NCBI GenBank assembly: GCA_965279515.1
Contig: CBDIID010000003.1
Span: 960,001 to 1,024,000 of the forward strand
Direction: 5' to 3'
Length of the DNA stretch: 64,000 nt
DNA from: Turneriella sp.
GTDB taxonomy: Bacteria > Spirochaetota > Leptospiria > Turneriellales > Turneriellaceae
A program made the translations under genes and the position numbers. The notes under the pieces were generated by a model. That model was given only the letters and a program-made list of their open reading frames with translations. It was not told the origin of the DNA and searched no databases. This document shows, piece by piece, positions 19,719 to 29,737 of this stretch. The first letter of the stretch is position 1. Every line of letters starts with the position of its first letter.

Positions 19719-20588
19719 TTAGATAAGAAGCGTCTGGCCTTCGAAAACGTCTTTGCAAGGACCTGTCATATAGACATGGTTGTCTTTCTCAGACCAGTAG
19801 ATCTCGAGAATGCCGCCCTTGAGCTCGACCTTCGCCTTACGCTTGATCTTACCTGAAAGTACACCCGCAACGACCGCAGCAGATGCTCCGGTACCCGAGG
19901 CAAGTGTCTCACCCACACCGCGTTCCCAGACGCGTTGTTTGATGTGGTCTTCGTCGACCATCTGTATAAAATGAACGTTGGTGCGGTTCGGGAACAGCGA
20001 GTAGTTCTCGATCATTGGGCCGTATTTGGCGACAGGGAAGTTATCCACGTCTTCGACCCAGATGACAACGTGAGGATTACCCATCGACAGGGCCATGAAC
20101 TCGAAGGTGTTATGGTCTTCGAGATAGATCTTTTCTTTAAGAACCTTTTTTTCTTCTTCGCCCGCTGCGCAGACCATCGGGATCTTCGCGCGCTCGAGAA
20201 TCGGCTCGCCCATGTCGGCTTTGACGCGGTAAACCCGGCCGTCACGTACCATCAGGATGCACGGGATAATGCCGCGCAGCGTTTGTACGTTGATCTCTTG
20301 TTTTTTTGTATTGCCGCGGTCGTAGAGGTACTTGCCGAGGCAGCGGATGGCGTTACCGCACATCTCAGCTTCGGAACCGTCGGGGTTAAAAATACGAATC
20401 TGGAAATCAGCCTCGTTCTTGTTATCGGGAGGCATGATCAGCACAAGGCCGTCAGCACCCACGCCATAGTGGCGGTCGCAGAGCAGACGCGCTGCCCGCT
20501 GAGGATTCTTCGGGGAATCTTCCGTGAAGAGGTAATCGTTGCCCAAACCTTCCAGTTTCGCAAATCTTAATGCTTTAGAACCACTCAT
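19719..20588 (-). CDS. dapF: Diaminopimelate epimerase
   Basis: GLGNDY, GVGADG, NPDGSEAEMCGNAIRC, SMGNPH, ERGVGETLASGTGA. Confidence 0.95.
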   Translation of the reverse strand: MSGSKALRFAKLEGLGNDYLFTEDSPKNPQRAARLLCDRHYGVGADGLVLIMPPDNKNEADFQIRIFNPDGSEAEMCGNAIRCLGKYLYDRGNTKKQEINVQTLRGIIPCILMVRDGRVYRVKADMGEPILERAKIPMVCAAGEEEKKVLKEKIYLEDHNTFEFMALSMGNPHVVIWVEDVDNFPVAKYGPMIENYSLFPNRTNVHFIQMVDEDHIKQRVWERGVGETLASGTGASAAVVAGVLSGKIKRKAKVELKGGILEIYWSEKDNHVYMTGPCKDVFEGQTLLI

Positions 20589-20687
20589 CCAGGTTCCCCC
20601 TTAACAACAGCACAGCTCTTTTCCGGTAAAACTCTTGTAATTTTTTCAGACTTTCGCAGAATGCCGATCGTGATGTAGCCAGAAACT

Positions 20688-21545
20688 ATGAACGAGACAG
20701 ACTTTCAAGCCTTATTTAACTCTTACCACGAAGCTATCCGTGCCCGCAGCGAGAATCCGGTACCCGCGAAGCTGCATTTGATGGTTTATAACTATGCCCG
20801 CCTCAGGCACCAGCAGACGAGCGACGTCTCGGCGGATTTCTACCTGCACATCGCGGGCAAACTCGACGGCATGCTCGAACGTTATGACCCGCGCCGGGTA
20901 CCATTCTATCAATATCTGGCAAGCATGCTCAATTTTGAATTCAGTCATTTTTTGCGGCGCCGGCGCCTGCCCCGCTCGCAGATTCAGCTGTTGTCGATCG
21001 AAGAATTACAAGAACGCCATGTTCAGCTCGAAGACCGGCCACAGGAAAAATCCACAGACCTCGAGGTTATCCTCAAATCGCTGAAGGCGGCCGAGCGGCA
21101 CTATGCAAAACTCGCGCTGGCGCTGCCCCTGACCTTCGGCGAACTCAGGCAATTGACGCAGCGCAAGAAAAGTAATCCGGCTGCCGCCTGGGGCATTATC
21201 CGTGCCTACCGGGAGTTCCTGCGTTTTGCCGAAGAGAAGCGCGGCAACGTTCTCGCGGAGCGCGACCGGCTATCAAAAACACTGATTTTACTGAGCCATG
21301 AATTGCTAACGGCACAGGGAACCGAGCTGGCGAGGGTCAAATCGCGTAAAGATGCGGCGCAAAAAAAGTTTTTTTCCATCGACGCCCGCATCCCCATACG
21401 CATCGTGGCGGCGGTCACTGGCGACTCCATCGCAACTGCCCAAAGGCAGCTCAAAAAGGCGGTGCAGGCGCTGAAAAAGGCCTGGTTACATTGGGAAAAA
21501 CAAAAACTTGGTGGCAAACAGAGGAAAATTAAAGAGGCAAATTGA
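20688..21545 (+). CDS. Atypical sigma-70-like protein (region 2-like and region 4 HTH-like segments)
   Basis: LERYDPRRVPFYQYLASMLNFEFSHFLRR resembles sigma region 2; IPIRIVAAVTGDSIATAQRQLKKAVQALKK resembles region 4.2 HTH. Confidence 0.55.
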   Translation: MNETDFQALFNSYHEAIRARSENPVPAKLHLMVYNYARLRHQQTSDVSADFYLHIAGKLDGMLERYDPRRVPFYQYLASMLNFEFSHFLRRRRLPRSQIQLLSIEELQERHVQLEDRPQEKSTDLEVILKSLKAAERHYAKLALALPLTFGELRQLTQRKKSNPAAAWGIIRAYREFLRFAEEKRGNVLAERDRLSKTLILLSHELLTAQGTELARVKSRKDAAQKKFFSIDARIPIRIVAAVTGDSIATAQRQLKKAVQALKKAWLHWEKQKLGGKQRKIKEAN

Positions 21546-22303
21546 AGGTTAGCAAAACCAAGGTCAACAAAACCAAAGTCAAAAAAATCGCTAAAATCAA
21601 GACAGCCGTACGCCGTGGAAAATCCGGTATTTTAAGGCCGAAAAAAGCTGCCACCCCTATCACCAAGAAGAAGAAGGCCGCGCTGGTTAAAAAGAAGGCT
21701 CAGCCCAAGGCTGGCGCAGACGCTGTGCTTCTGAAAAATACCCTGCCAGAAGAAAATCTCCCCCTCAGCAACCTCAGTCCTTATGCCGCACTCTCCGATG
21801 AGTTTGCCCTGGCAAACGCGTGGGATGTCCTCGGTGACGAAGAGTATCTGCTCGACGATGAAGTCTGGAACAGCCTTTATAACCGTATTAAACTGCAGTT
21901 GCTGCAGACGACCTACTCCTTCCGCATTGAGACCGACGGGGCAAATCTTTCACCCTATGCGGTGACGCCGATGCCGGCATTCCGGTCAGAAAACGAACCG
22001 GGGTTCCTGAGCGCCGGCAGTTTTACGATTTTGCGTCCCGAGATTCCTGGTGTTGTCTTCGACCTGAAAATCTCGACCAGTGACCAGGCCCTGCTCCTGG
22101 ACTGGCAACTGACGCGCAAAGACCTCAAGGGAAGCACAGGGCATATCGCGCTCTACCTCGACGGTGAGCTTGTCGAAGCCGTGAACCTGCAGCAGAACCG
22201 CTGCCAGCTCGAACTCACGCGCGATGACATGGGTGACGCCACGTTCTATTTTCTCGATGCGGATACCGGTAAGCAGGCCAAAATTCTGGAGTTAAATATC
22301 TGA
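21542..22303 (+). CDS. Hypothetical protein, Lys-rich N-terminus; possible partner or anti-sigma factor of upstream gene
   Basis: TTG start overlaps upstream TGA; basic N-terminus, acidic middle, beta-rich C-terminus. Confidence 0.55.
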   Translation: MKVSKTKVNKTKVKKIAKIKTAVRRGKSGILRPKKAATPITKKKKAALVKKKAQPKAGADAVLLKNTLPEENLPLSNLSPYAALSDEFALANAWDVLGDEEYLLDDEVWNSLYNRIKLQLLQTTYSFRIETDGANLSPYAVTPMPAFRSENEPGFLSAGSFTILRPEIPGVVFDLKISTSDQALLLDWQLTRKDLKGSTGHIALYLDGELVEAVNLQQNRCQLELTRDDMGDATFYFLDADTGKQAKILELNI

Positions 22304-22306
22304 AGA

Positions 22307-22777
22307 ATGCAAGTAGCAAGAAATAAAGTCGTCACGATCAGCTATGAAGTAGCGGAAAAAGGTAAAGGCAAACTCGAAGACGGCACCCTCGATTATCTCC
22401 ACGGCTTCAAAAACCTCATGCCGGCGCTCGAAAAATTTCTCGCCGACAAGAAAGAAGGCTTTTCGGGAAAAGTCGAAATGGGCCCGCGCGACGCATTCGG
22501 TGAAAAGAATCCAGAGCTGGTAATGCAGATTCCCAAGACGCAGCTTGAAAAACCTGAAGAAATTACTGCAGGAATGCAGATTGAACTCGAAAGCGAAGAA
22601 GGCGTCATCCCCGCTCTCGTGACAGCTATCGGCGAAACAGAAATCAGCGTCGACGGTAACCATCCTTATGCGGGCAAGACCATCACCTTTGATGTGAAGG
22701 TCGTAAAAATCCGCGACGCTTCGGCTGAAGAACTGTCGCACGGCCATGCGCACGGTGCTCACGGGCATCATCACTGA
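22307..22777 (+). CDS. slyD: FKBP-type peptidyl-prolyl isomerase SlyD
   Basis: YLHG..NLMPALE, VDGNHPYAGKTITFDV, EELSHGHAHG His-rich tail. Confidence 0.92.
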   Translation: MQVARNKVVTISYEVAEKGKGKLEDGTLDYLHGFKNLMPALEKFLADKKEGFSGKVEMGPRDAFGEKNPELVMQIPKTQLEKPEEITAGMQIELESEEGVIPALVTAIGETEISVDGNHPYAGKTITFDVKVVKIRDASAEELSHGHAHGAHGHHH

Positions 22778-22779
22778 CG

Positions 22780-22887
22780 CGCTAAAAATGTGAGTCTGCG
22801 AAAACCGCAGGCAGGCGCAGCCGCTTTAGCAGGCGTTTTCAGCCACTGAAAACGTCGAGGCCGGCGGTTTTCCTCACATTTTTAGCG
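22780..22887. repeat. 108-bp palindromic intergenic element (MITE-like or structured RNA)
   Basis: Perfect 15-bp terminal IR CGCTAAAAATGTGAG (22780-22794 / 22873-22887), inner IR GAAAACCGC/GCGGTTTTC, hairpin CGTTTTCAG-CCA-CTGAAAACG. Confidence 0.75.
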
Positions 22888-22897
22888 TAGAAAGAAC

Positions 22898-23119
22898 ATG
22901 TTCTCCTCAATCAAAAAAACACTCACCCGCCTCACCGACCACCTGATCGAATCGCCCTGTATCGCTGTCTGCATCATGCATAGCGAAACCGGGCTCTGCA
23001 AAGGCTGCTACCGCACGCTCGCTGAAATTGAGGGCTGGCCCACTTTCACGGGCGATGAAAAGCGCAAAGTCATTCACGACTCGGCTGCCCGCAAAACCGC
23101 AACTAGTCTTCGGCCTTGA
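22898..23119 (+). CDS. DUF1289-family small Cys-rich protein
   Basis: IESPCIAVC....GLCKGCYRTLAEI..W. Confidence 0.85.
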   Translation: MFSSIKKTLTRLTDHLIESPCIAVCIMHSETGLCKGCYRTLAEIEGWPTFTGDEKRKVIHDSAARKTATSLRP

Positions 23120-24104
23120 TGTGCGGCGTCTTGGCGCGGATAAAGAACGCTGAGATAAAAATCACGAGAATTACGAGGCTTGTCTGCCAGTTTTCAAAAT
23201 GCCAGATCTTGAGTTTTAACGTATCCTGGGCGGCCTCGAAGGTCATCTTGAGCCCGACGATAAGCACTGCGAGCATTGCCGCGCCTTCGAGCTGCGGATA
23301 TTTTTCGAGCAGTTTGATGAAGGATTTTGCAAAGAGCCTGAGGCAGGTAACGCCGAAAAAAGCACCCCAGAAGAGCACCCAGAAATCACGGGTCATGGCT
23401 ACACCTGCGCCGATCGAATCGAAAGAGAACAGGATATCTGTCCACTCGACCGCGATGATGGCGGCCAGAATCACATGGCCTTTCCACTTAAAGCGCGAGA
23501 CTTCAATGCCCTTCTCTGCCTCTTCATCTTTTTTTACCGCGGCATGTTTTTGCCGCCAGTAACGGAAAATCACATAGCCGAGAAACAGCGCAAAAAATAT
23601 CCAGACGGGTATACGCACCTGCCACGGATGTATGGCTTCACCCGAAAGATAGAACGCCGCACCGACAGCCGTCAAACAGACGACGTCGGAGATAAACAGG
23701 AAAATGTTTGTCAGAAAAAAATCCGCAGCCATATTGATGAGATAAAAACCACCGATGCCCATGATCCATTTTTGCTCGAGTATGAAGCCGGCACCGATCA
23801 GGAAAAGGAAACGGAAAAGAAATGCACCCCAGATTCCCCAAGTCAGCGCCTTGTGTGCGTCTGCGGGTTTGAGGTGCCGCACCTGGATGGCGAGCACGGT
23901 GGCATTATCGATACCGAGGATACCCTCGAGAAATGCCAGTGTCAGTACCGTCACCAGGCCCGCCGAAACAAACAGGTCGGATGATCGCCCCGACGTCAGC
24001 GAGGTCATACTCGTCATAAAACCAAACTGGTAATCGGCCAGCATCACAGTGCCGAAAACCAATGCCGAAAGAAGGAGCGGCCACTCTTTTTTGATGATAT
24101 TCAT
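23103..24104 (-). CDS. TerC-family integral membrane protein
   Basis: LEGILGIDNA, GIWGAFLFRFLF, EWTDILFSFDSI, LLEKYPQLE. Confidence 0.88.
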   Translation of the reverse strand: MNIIKKEWPLLLSALVFGTVMLADYQFGFMTSMTSLTSGRSSDLFVSAGLVTVLTLAFLEGILGIDNATVLAIQVRHLKPADAHKALTWGIWGAFLFRFLFLIGAGFILEQKWIMGIGGFYLINMAADFFLTNIFLFISDVVCLTAVGAAFYLSGEAIHPWQVRIPVWIFFALFLGYVIFRYWRQKHAAVKKDEEAEKGIEVSRFKWKGHVILAAIIAVEWTDILFSFDSIGAGVAMTRDFWVLFWGAFFGVTCLRLFAKSFIKLLEKYPQLEGAAMLAVLIVGLKMTFEAAQDTLKLKIWHFENWQTSLVILVIFISAFFIRAKTPHIKAED

Positions 24105-25193
24105 TTATTTAAATCGATGGATCTCAAACTGATCCGCAAAGACGCGGATGCCATAGAATTCGCCGGAGAGGGTCTCCCAAACCTGGCGCCATTCGGAGGG
24201 GCGGCCGGAAAGTTCGAGCACCAGTGAATTGCGCAGGTCGCCTTCGAGCGAATACCTGCCGACACGCACCCGGCCATTCTCGAGGTTCTGCCAGATGCCG
24301 ACGCTGTCTTTGCCCTGGGGCAGGTAGGGATGGTCTTCGGCATTCGAGAGCCGCGCAAATACGGTACTCGATTCGCCCTCGCCCAGATTTTTGACTTTGA
24401 CGATGCGGTAGGCCAACGTCATTTGTTTTTTATCGGAATCGGGGTCGATACGGTCGATGCGTGATGCGAACATGATGCGTTCGCCCGAATAGAAGGGATA
24501 GATATATTCGCAGTGCACGATAGAATTTCGGTTCTTCAGCTGTTCAATCTGTTGTTTATCAAGGGTAGCACTCTCACAATCGGTCTGGCGGTATTCATAG
24601 GCAAGGCGGCTGCCTTCGTAACGGTCGAGATGAAGCTCGTCAAGATAGCGGTACAGCACCCAGAGATATCCTTTATTGTCGCTGTCGAACCAGAGAATAT
24701 TCTCAAAGACCAACTCGGTCAATCCCTTGCGGCCGATAGAGCGCAGGAGTTTTCCCTTGAAGTCGAACTGCAGAATTTTGTAACCGCCGCGTGAAGACGC
24801 GTCCTTGTTTTCGCCTTCCGGGGGAATATAGTTCTCTACGAAAAAATCGTCGTTCACGCCCATCATGATGCGGCCGGGCACACGCAGCGCCTCGAGACCT
24901 TTGCCATCTGATTTCCCCTTCCCCGCATCTTGCGCCTTGATCGAAAAAGCCAGCTTGCCTGAACGAAAAAGTTTCACGGTTTTCTCTGATGGTTCAGAGA
25001 ATGCCACCCATTCCTTCAGCACGCCAACACGGCCGGGAATCTCATGGTAGACGCCATTCTGCTTCGGAAAACGCGCCTTGTCTTCGCCGAGCGGCAGGGA
25101 AAATACTTTCTCAGGTTTCAGGGTGCTGGAACGGAAGCGTGCGCAGCCGGCAAAAACCGGGATTAACATCGCCGCAAAAAGGGCACTACGCAT
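24105..25193 (-). CDS. Putative lipoprotein, probable beta-propeller
   Basis: MRSALFAAMLIPVFAGC lipobox; NHL-like segments (ILQFDFKGKLLRSIGRKG); stop abuts terC start. Confidence 0.65.
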   Translation of the reverse strand: MRSALFAAMLIPVFAGCARFRSSTLKPEKVFSLPLGEDKARFPKQNGVYHEIPGRVGVLKEWVAFSEPSEKTVKLFRSGKLAFSIKAQDAGKGKSDGKGLEALRVPGRIMMGVNDDFFVENYIPPEGENKDASSRGGYKILQFDFKGKLLRSIGRKGLTELVFENILWFDSDNKGYLWVLYRYLDELHLDRYEGSRLAYEYRQTDCESATLDKQQIEQLKNRNSIVHCEYIYPFYSGERIMFASRIDRIDPDSDKKQMTLAYRIVKVKNLGEGESSTVFARLSNAEDHPYLPQGKDSVGIWQNLENGRVRVGRYSLEGDLRNSLVLELSGRPSEWRQVWETLSGEFYGIRVFADQFEIHRFK

Positions 25194-25285
25194 ATCAACC
25201 GGTTTGAATAGTCGAGGCAACGCGTGAATCCAAATATAGAAGTAGACACAGCTTTACGCCGTGTCTTGACGCCCCACTTCAACCC

Positions 25286-26389
25286 ATGCCTCTCCAATGC
25301 GGAATAGTCGGATTACCCAATGTCGGTAAATCCACGATTTTTAATGCCCTGACAAAATCGCACAGCGCCGAGGCGCAAAATTATCCATTCTGCACTATTG
25401 ATCCGAATGTCGGCGTCGTTGCGGTACCTGACCCGCGTTTTGATTTTCTCGTCGAAATCGTGAAACCGAAAAACAGCGTCCCCGTGGCTGTCGAATTTGT
25501 CGATATCGCAGGCCTCGTCAAAGGCGCCTCGCAGGGCGAAGGTTTGGGCAATAAATTCCTCGATCATATCCGCAAGGTCAACGCCATTCTGCACGTGGTG
25601 CGCTGCTTCCAGGACGAGAATGTAACGCATGTCTCGGGCAAGGTCTCACCGAAAAGCGACGTTGAAATCATAGAACTCGAACTCATTTTGTCTGACCTCG
25701 ATCAGGTTGATAAACGCCTGCAGAATCTCGTAAAGAAAAAGAAGAGCGGCGACAAAGATGCGATCGAGCAAAGTGCGGTTCTCGAGCGCGTCTTTGAGAC
25801 TCTTAAAGCAGGCAAACCCGCCACCGCTGCCGGCCTCAATGCAGATGAAAAAGAACTCATTAAAGAGCTGGCCCTGCTCTCCATGAAACCGGTGCTGTTT
25901 ATCGGCAATATCGATGAATCGCTTCTGGCGACGCCCGACGCTTCCCCCGAGTTCCGTGAGCTCGTCGAGGTGGCGCGCGAGCGCGGTGCGCAGGCCATAC
26001 CGCTTTCCGGAAAAATCGAAGCCGAACTCGGCCAGCTGTCGCCCGAAGAAGAAAAAGAATTCCTGAAAGATCTGGGTCTCAGCGAAGCCGGGCTTAACCG
26101 CGTGATCCGCGAGGCATACAAGCTTTTAGGTTATATCACCTTTTTCACAGCTGGCGAAGTCGAGGTGCGCGCCTGGAATATTGTCGCTGGTGCGACCGCA
26201 CCACAGGCCGCGGGGCAAATCCACAGCGATATTGAAAGAGGATTCATACGCGCCGAAGTAACGCCATTTTCTGCGGTTCAGGAGTATGGCACGCAAAAAA
26301 AGGCGCAGGAAGCGGGTAAAATGCGCCTCGAAGGTAAGGAATATATCTTTGCTGACGGTGACGTTGTCTATTTCCGTTTCAACGTCTAA
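25286..26389 (+). CDS. ychF: Ribosome-binding ATPase YchF
   Basis: [60 protein letters not shown]. Confidence 0.97.
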   Translation: MPLQCGIVGLPNVGKSTIFNALTKSHSAEAQNYPFCTIDPNVGVVAVPDPRFDFLVEIVKPKNSVPVAVEFVDIAGLVKGASQGEGLGNKFLDHIRKVNAILHVVRCFQDENVTHVSGKVSPKSDVEIIELELILSDLDQVDKRLQNLVKKKKSGDKDAIEQSAVLERVFETLKAGKPATAAGLNADEKELIKELALLSMKPVLFIGNIDESLLATPDASPEFRELVEVARERGAQAIPLSGKIEAELGQLSPEEEKEFLKDLGLSEAGLNRVIREAYKLLGYITFFTAGEVEVRAWNIVAGATAPQAAGQIHSDIERGFIRAEVTPFSAVQEYGTQKKAQEAGKMRLEGKEYIFADGDVVYFRFNV

Positions 26390-26426
26390 ACCTTTACCCT
26401 CACCCTGTTTCGGGCGATAATAAGAC

Positions 26427-27047
26427 ATGCGTATCATTGCGGCCTGTCTCGGCCTGGGTCTCCTGTTCTCCCTCTCTGCGGGTGACGAACCGCCACTCAG
26501 CGTCGATCCGAAACTCAATCCCTTGCCGCCCGAGGCACTGGCATTTCCCGAGTTTAGTGAAAATTACCGCCAGAAGATTATCCGTGGTGACTATGAAATC
26601 TGGTCCGAAGAAAAGCTGCAAAGGTGGAGCTCCGCCCAGGGGCTCAGCGTGAGCAGCGATCAGAAAGGTGCAGGCCTGCAATACCGCCGTGCGGCCATCA
26701 TCGCCGCGCCCGGGCTCACATTCACCCTGACACGGCCCGTAACGGAAAAGGGGTCTGAGTTTGCCAATGGCTGGAAGCTCAACCTCGATCTGGCGGCCGT
26801 GCGCGCGCGTGACGGCTCGACATTAAAGAAAGGAAGTCAGTACAATAATCTGCTGGAATGCGATGTGCACATTGACGGAGTTTTTTTCCGGCGCATAAAA
26901 CAAGGCTCGGCGATAACCATGCAGAGCCCGGTTCAGATCCAGATACCGCATATCCGCAGCGCAGAAGGCAAGATCACAGTCGAACTAAAACTCGCGAACC
27001 ATCCGCGCAATTTTCTCTTTCTCTACGACGCGTATCTGAGTCGTTAA
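26427..27047 (+). CDS. Hypothetical exported protein
   Basis: Signal peptide MRIIAACLGLGLLFSLSA; 206-aa ORF filling the gap. Confidence 0.65.
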   Translation: MRIIAACLGLGLLFSLSAGDEPPLSVDPKLNPLPPEALAFPEFSENYRQKIIRGDYEIWSEEKLQRWSSAQGLSVSSDQKGAGLQYRRAAIIAAPGLTFTLTRPVTEKGSEFANGWKLNLDLAAVRARDGSTLKKGSQYNNLLECDVHIDGVFFRRIKQGSAITMQSPVQIQIPHIRSAEGKITVELKLANHPRNFLFLYDAYLSR

Positions 27048-27053
27048 GCCTGA

Positions 27054-28391
27054 TCAGCGGCCTTTCGGTGCAGGCCGCGCAGGTGCGGCCTTGGCGGGCT
27101 TCGCTGGTTTTGCCGGCACTGCGGTATTCAGCGTACTCGGCGCCGCGGTATCCGTACTCAGCTCGCCCGCAGCAGGTTCCTGGCCAAAGTGATAATCCAC
27201 CGCGATGCTCGCAAAACCTTCCCATGACGTTCTGGTTTTATGCTCAAAACCGGAATAACTTGCGTCAGTTGCCCCGCTGTCGCCGGCAAAACCGGTGCGG
27301 ACATATTTGTCAGTACTATAGGGGTTAACGAACCACCAGTGGCCTTCGTAACCGACGCTGATGATAATACCGACATTGTTGATACGCAGCGGTACGAACT
27401 CGATCGCCGTATTGACAATGTATTCATTTTCATTAAAGCGCGGGGATTTCGCCAACTGGGTAAAATACGTGAGCGCCGGGAAATAAAAATGTGTTCTCAA
27501 ACGTACCTGGGGATGGAACTGAATATACTGCCGGTAAACGAACATGAAGGTCGAGTATGTCCAGTCGTCTTGGCGCGTGGTGACACGCACCGGGTCAGAA
27601 TAGTCTTTGTAATACCAGACACGCAGACTCGGACCAAGCGACGCATCAAACCAGCGGAAAGCACTGCCCCAGTTCATGACAAAGTTGAGCGGCGTAAAAT
27701 GGTAAAAGGCGTTCGCGTATACCATCGTCACTTCTGCCGCGGTCTTGCCGGCACCCTGCCGTAAGGCATCTGAGATTCCGGCGCGCTGTAAATTCTGTGC
27801 TGTTACGGCACTTGTGCCCAATGCGCTATTATAACCTAAATCCACGGGAATCTCGGTCGTACCGGAGGGAGAAGTTTCAGAATAATTGAAGCGGCTGGGT
27901 TTATTTTCGGTCCGCTGCGTTTTAAATCCCAATTCAAAATCGGTAAAGATACCGCGATTGGAACGATAATAATGGAAGCCGGTTTTGGTATCGTGGTCCT
28001 TTTCCTTATCTTTACCGAGCCGGAAGCTCAGATCGAGCCCGAACATCGTCGTATAATCCCAGCCTGGAAGCGAATAGCCGCGGGTTGTGTTTGTGGTGGG
28101 ATTTTCCGTTTTGTTGTTAAAATTATAGATGCCGGCGGAGACAGCGACAGTGAATGTGCCGCGCGTCTCATTTTTTCCCATGTCAAGATTTTCGTATTTG
28201 CGTTCCGGTAATTTCACCGGATTTGAACCGGCGAGCTCGCGTTCTTCTTTTCCACCGGCCGGTTTCTTTCCCGGTTTGGCCGCAGCTTTTACGGGTGCCT
28301 TTGCAGGAGCGGCTTTGCGCGGCGCTGCTGACAGTGCGGCAAGCGTCCCTGCGATTAAAACTAAAGTGGCGTTTTGAAACACTCTTCTCAT
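27054..28391 (-). CDS. Predicted outer-membrane beta-barrel protein with Ala/Pro/Lys-rich termini
   Basis: Signal peptide; alternating aromatic beta-strands ending SIAVDYHFG; ATGA overlap with upstream gene. Confidence 0.65.
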   Translation of the reverse strand: MRRVFQNATLVLIAGTLAALSAAPRKAAPAKAPVKAAAKPGKKPAGGKEERELAGSNPVKLPERKYENLDMGKNETRGTFTVAVSAGIYNFNNKTENPTTNTTRGYSLPGWDYTTMFGLDLSFRLGKDKEKDHDTKTGFHYYRSNRGIFTDFELGFKTQRTENKPSRFNYSETSPSGTTEIPVDLGYNSALGTSAVTAQNLQRAGISDALRQGAGKTAAEVTMVYANAFYHFTPLNFVMNWGSAFRWFDASLGPSLRVWYYKDYSDPVRVTTRQDDWTYSTFMFVYRQYIQFHPQVRLRTHFYFPALTYFTQLAKSPRFNENEYIVNTAIEFVPLRINNVGIIISVGYEGHWWFVNPYSTDKYVRTGFAGDSGATDASYSGFEHKTRTSWEGFASIAVDYHFGQEPAAGELSTDTAAPSTLNTAVPAKPAKPAKAAPARPAPKGR

Positions 28392-28870
28392 TGCACCGCC
28401 ACAAAATTCGAATAAAGACGCCCGGTCTTACCGTCGTATTTATAATCTAAACGGATAATATAGTAGCCCTTAAACGAGGCTGCTGTGGTCGTAAATGTCC
28501 CGGAACCCGCTCCGGTAAGGGCATAAACAGATCCATATCCCAGCGACCCACCCTGCTTAACAGTATTGATCTCCGTTTGGCTTGGCGCGTTAGCATTATA
28601 GAGCAACTGTGCTCCGTTTGTGCCGTTGATCTGGATATCGCTGGTTGATAACTCTGTTACTTTGCCTTTATCATCGGTATAATATACAGAACCCCATGTG
28701 AGCGTTGCATTGGTCGCGGACGGCTCCCCTGTTAAAACGTACCGGAAGGAACCGCTGTCATAGATGCGGTCGAGGGGATTATCATGTGCCATACGCATCT
28801 CTGTCATGGTGCATGATGCACCACTCAGCGCAACGAGGAGCGTGATAAAAACCGGCCCCAATCTTACCAT
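28388..28870 (-). CDS. Putative lipoprotein (DNPLD motif after Cys)
   Basis: MVRLGPVFITLLVALSGASC lipobox-like; Gly/Thr/Ser-rich beta domain. Confidence 0.65.
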   Translation of the reverse strand: MVRLGPVFITLLVALSGASCTMTEMRMAHDNPLDRIYDSGSFRYVLTGEPSATNATLTWGSVYYTDDKGKVTELSTSDIQINGTNGAQLLYNANAPSQTEINTVKQGGSLGYGSVYALTGAGSGTFTTTAASFKGYYIIRLDYKYDGKTGRLYSNFVAVQ

Positions 28871-29736
28871 TTGGGCCTCGTATTCTGCATCATGAATCTC
28901 TGGAAAAATGAAATTTGCGGTTCGTAGTTGAGCTTGCCCTTAAAATATTTCTGGTGAACCTGGTAGAGTACATCGTCTGCACGTTCACGGTCCTCAAAGG
29001 CTTCCCAGACTGAGTATGCCCAGGTCAGGGCACCAATCACATACATGGTACGCGCAACCTCTTGATGGTTACGCATCTCTTTGTACTTCTGCTCGGCATC
29101 AGAAGGACTGCTGGCGTTATTATATTCCGTACGCGCCTGAGCTGCTTTCGTCTCACGCGAATAACCATACCCAATCGAACCATAGGTTACCAGCGCCATC
29201 GCTGCGCCCGTGATATAGTTTTTATTGTAGAACTGTCCCCAACCGGAGAGCACAATCGAACGGATGCAGGCCCCCTCGGCTGTCTTCATAATCTCGGTGG
29301 TAAAAAAATCTAAATCGAAAAAACTCACCGTCACATGACAATCCATGACAGCCACGTGGAACGGAGAGAAATCAAAACCGTGATCCCAGTTGGGGTCATT
29401 GCAGCGCGCTTCGTCGATAACCTTCGCATTCACATCAGCGATCAGTTGCTCAGTCGTGACGGCAAAATCCTTGGTCTCAACGATCATGTGGCGGAAGCTC
29501 GAAATAGAACGTTCGAGCGCTTTTTTATGCGCGTCTATTTTCGCATTGTGAATGGCAATTTCTCTCGAGCGCCCCTTGCCTATCGCATCGCGTACACGCA
29601 CAACCTTCTGCGTAGAAAAATACTCCTTGTCGAGCCCCAGATCAACGGCAGAGGGTTTCGTTTCCTGGGCCTGCAGCGCACTGCCAGTCAAACATAAGGC
29701 TGATACAAAGATGAGAAACTTTTTACTTGTACTCAT
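28864..29736 (-). CDS. Exported protein with FlgT-N/LPP20-like domain and DUF5683-like GWGQ motif (paralogue 2)
   Basis: Signal MSTSKKFLIFVSALCLTGSALQA; RSIVLSGWGQFYN followed by hydrophobic segments; start at ATG 29736. Confidence 0.6.
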   Translation of the reverse strand: MSTSKKFLIFVSALCLTGSALQAQETKPSAVDLGLDKEYFSTQKVVRVRDAIGKGRSREIAIHNAKIDAHKKALERSISSFRHMIVETKDFAVTTEQLIADVNAKVIDEARCNDPNWDHGFDFSPFHVAVMDCHVTVSFFDLDFFTTEIMKTAEGACIRSIVLSGWGQFYNKNYITGAAMALVTYGSIGYGYSRETKAAQARTEYNNASSPSDAEQKYKEMRNHQEVARTMYVIGALTWAYSVWEAFEDRERADDVLYQVHQKYFKGKLNYEPQISFFQRFMMQNTRPKW

Positions 29737-29737
29737 A

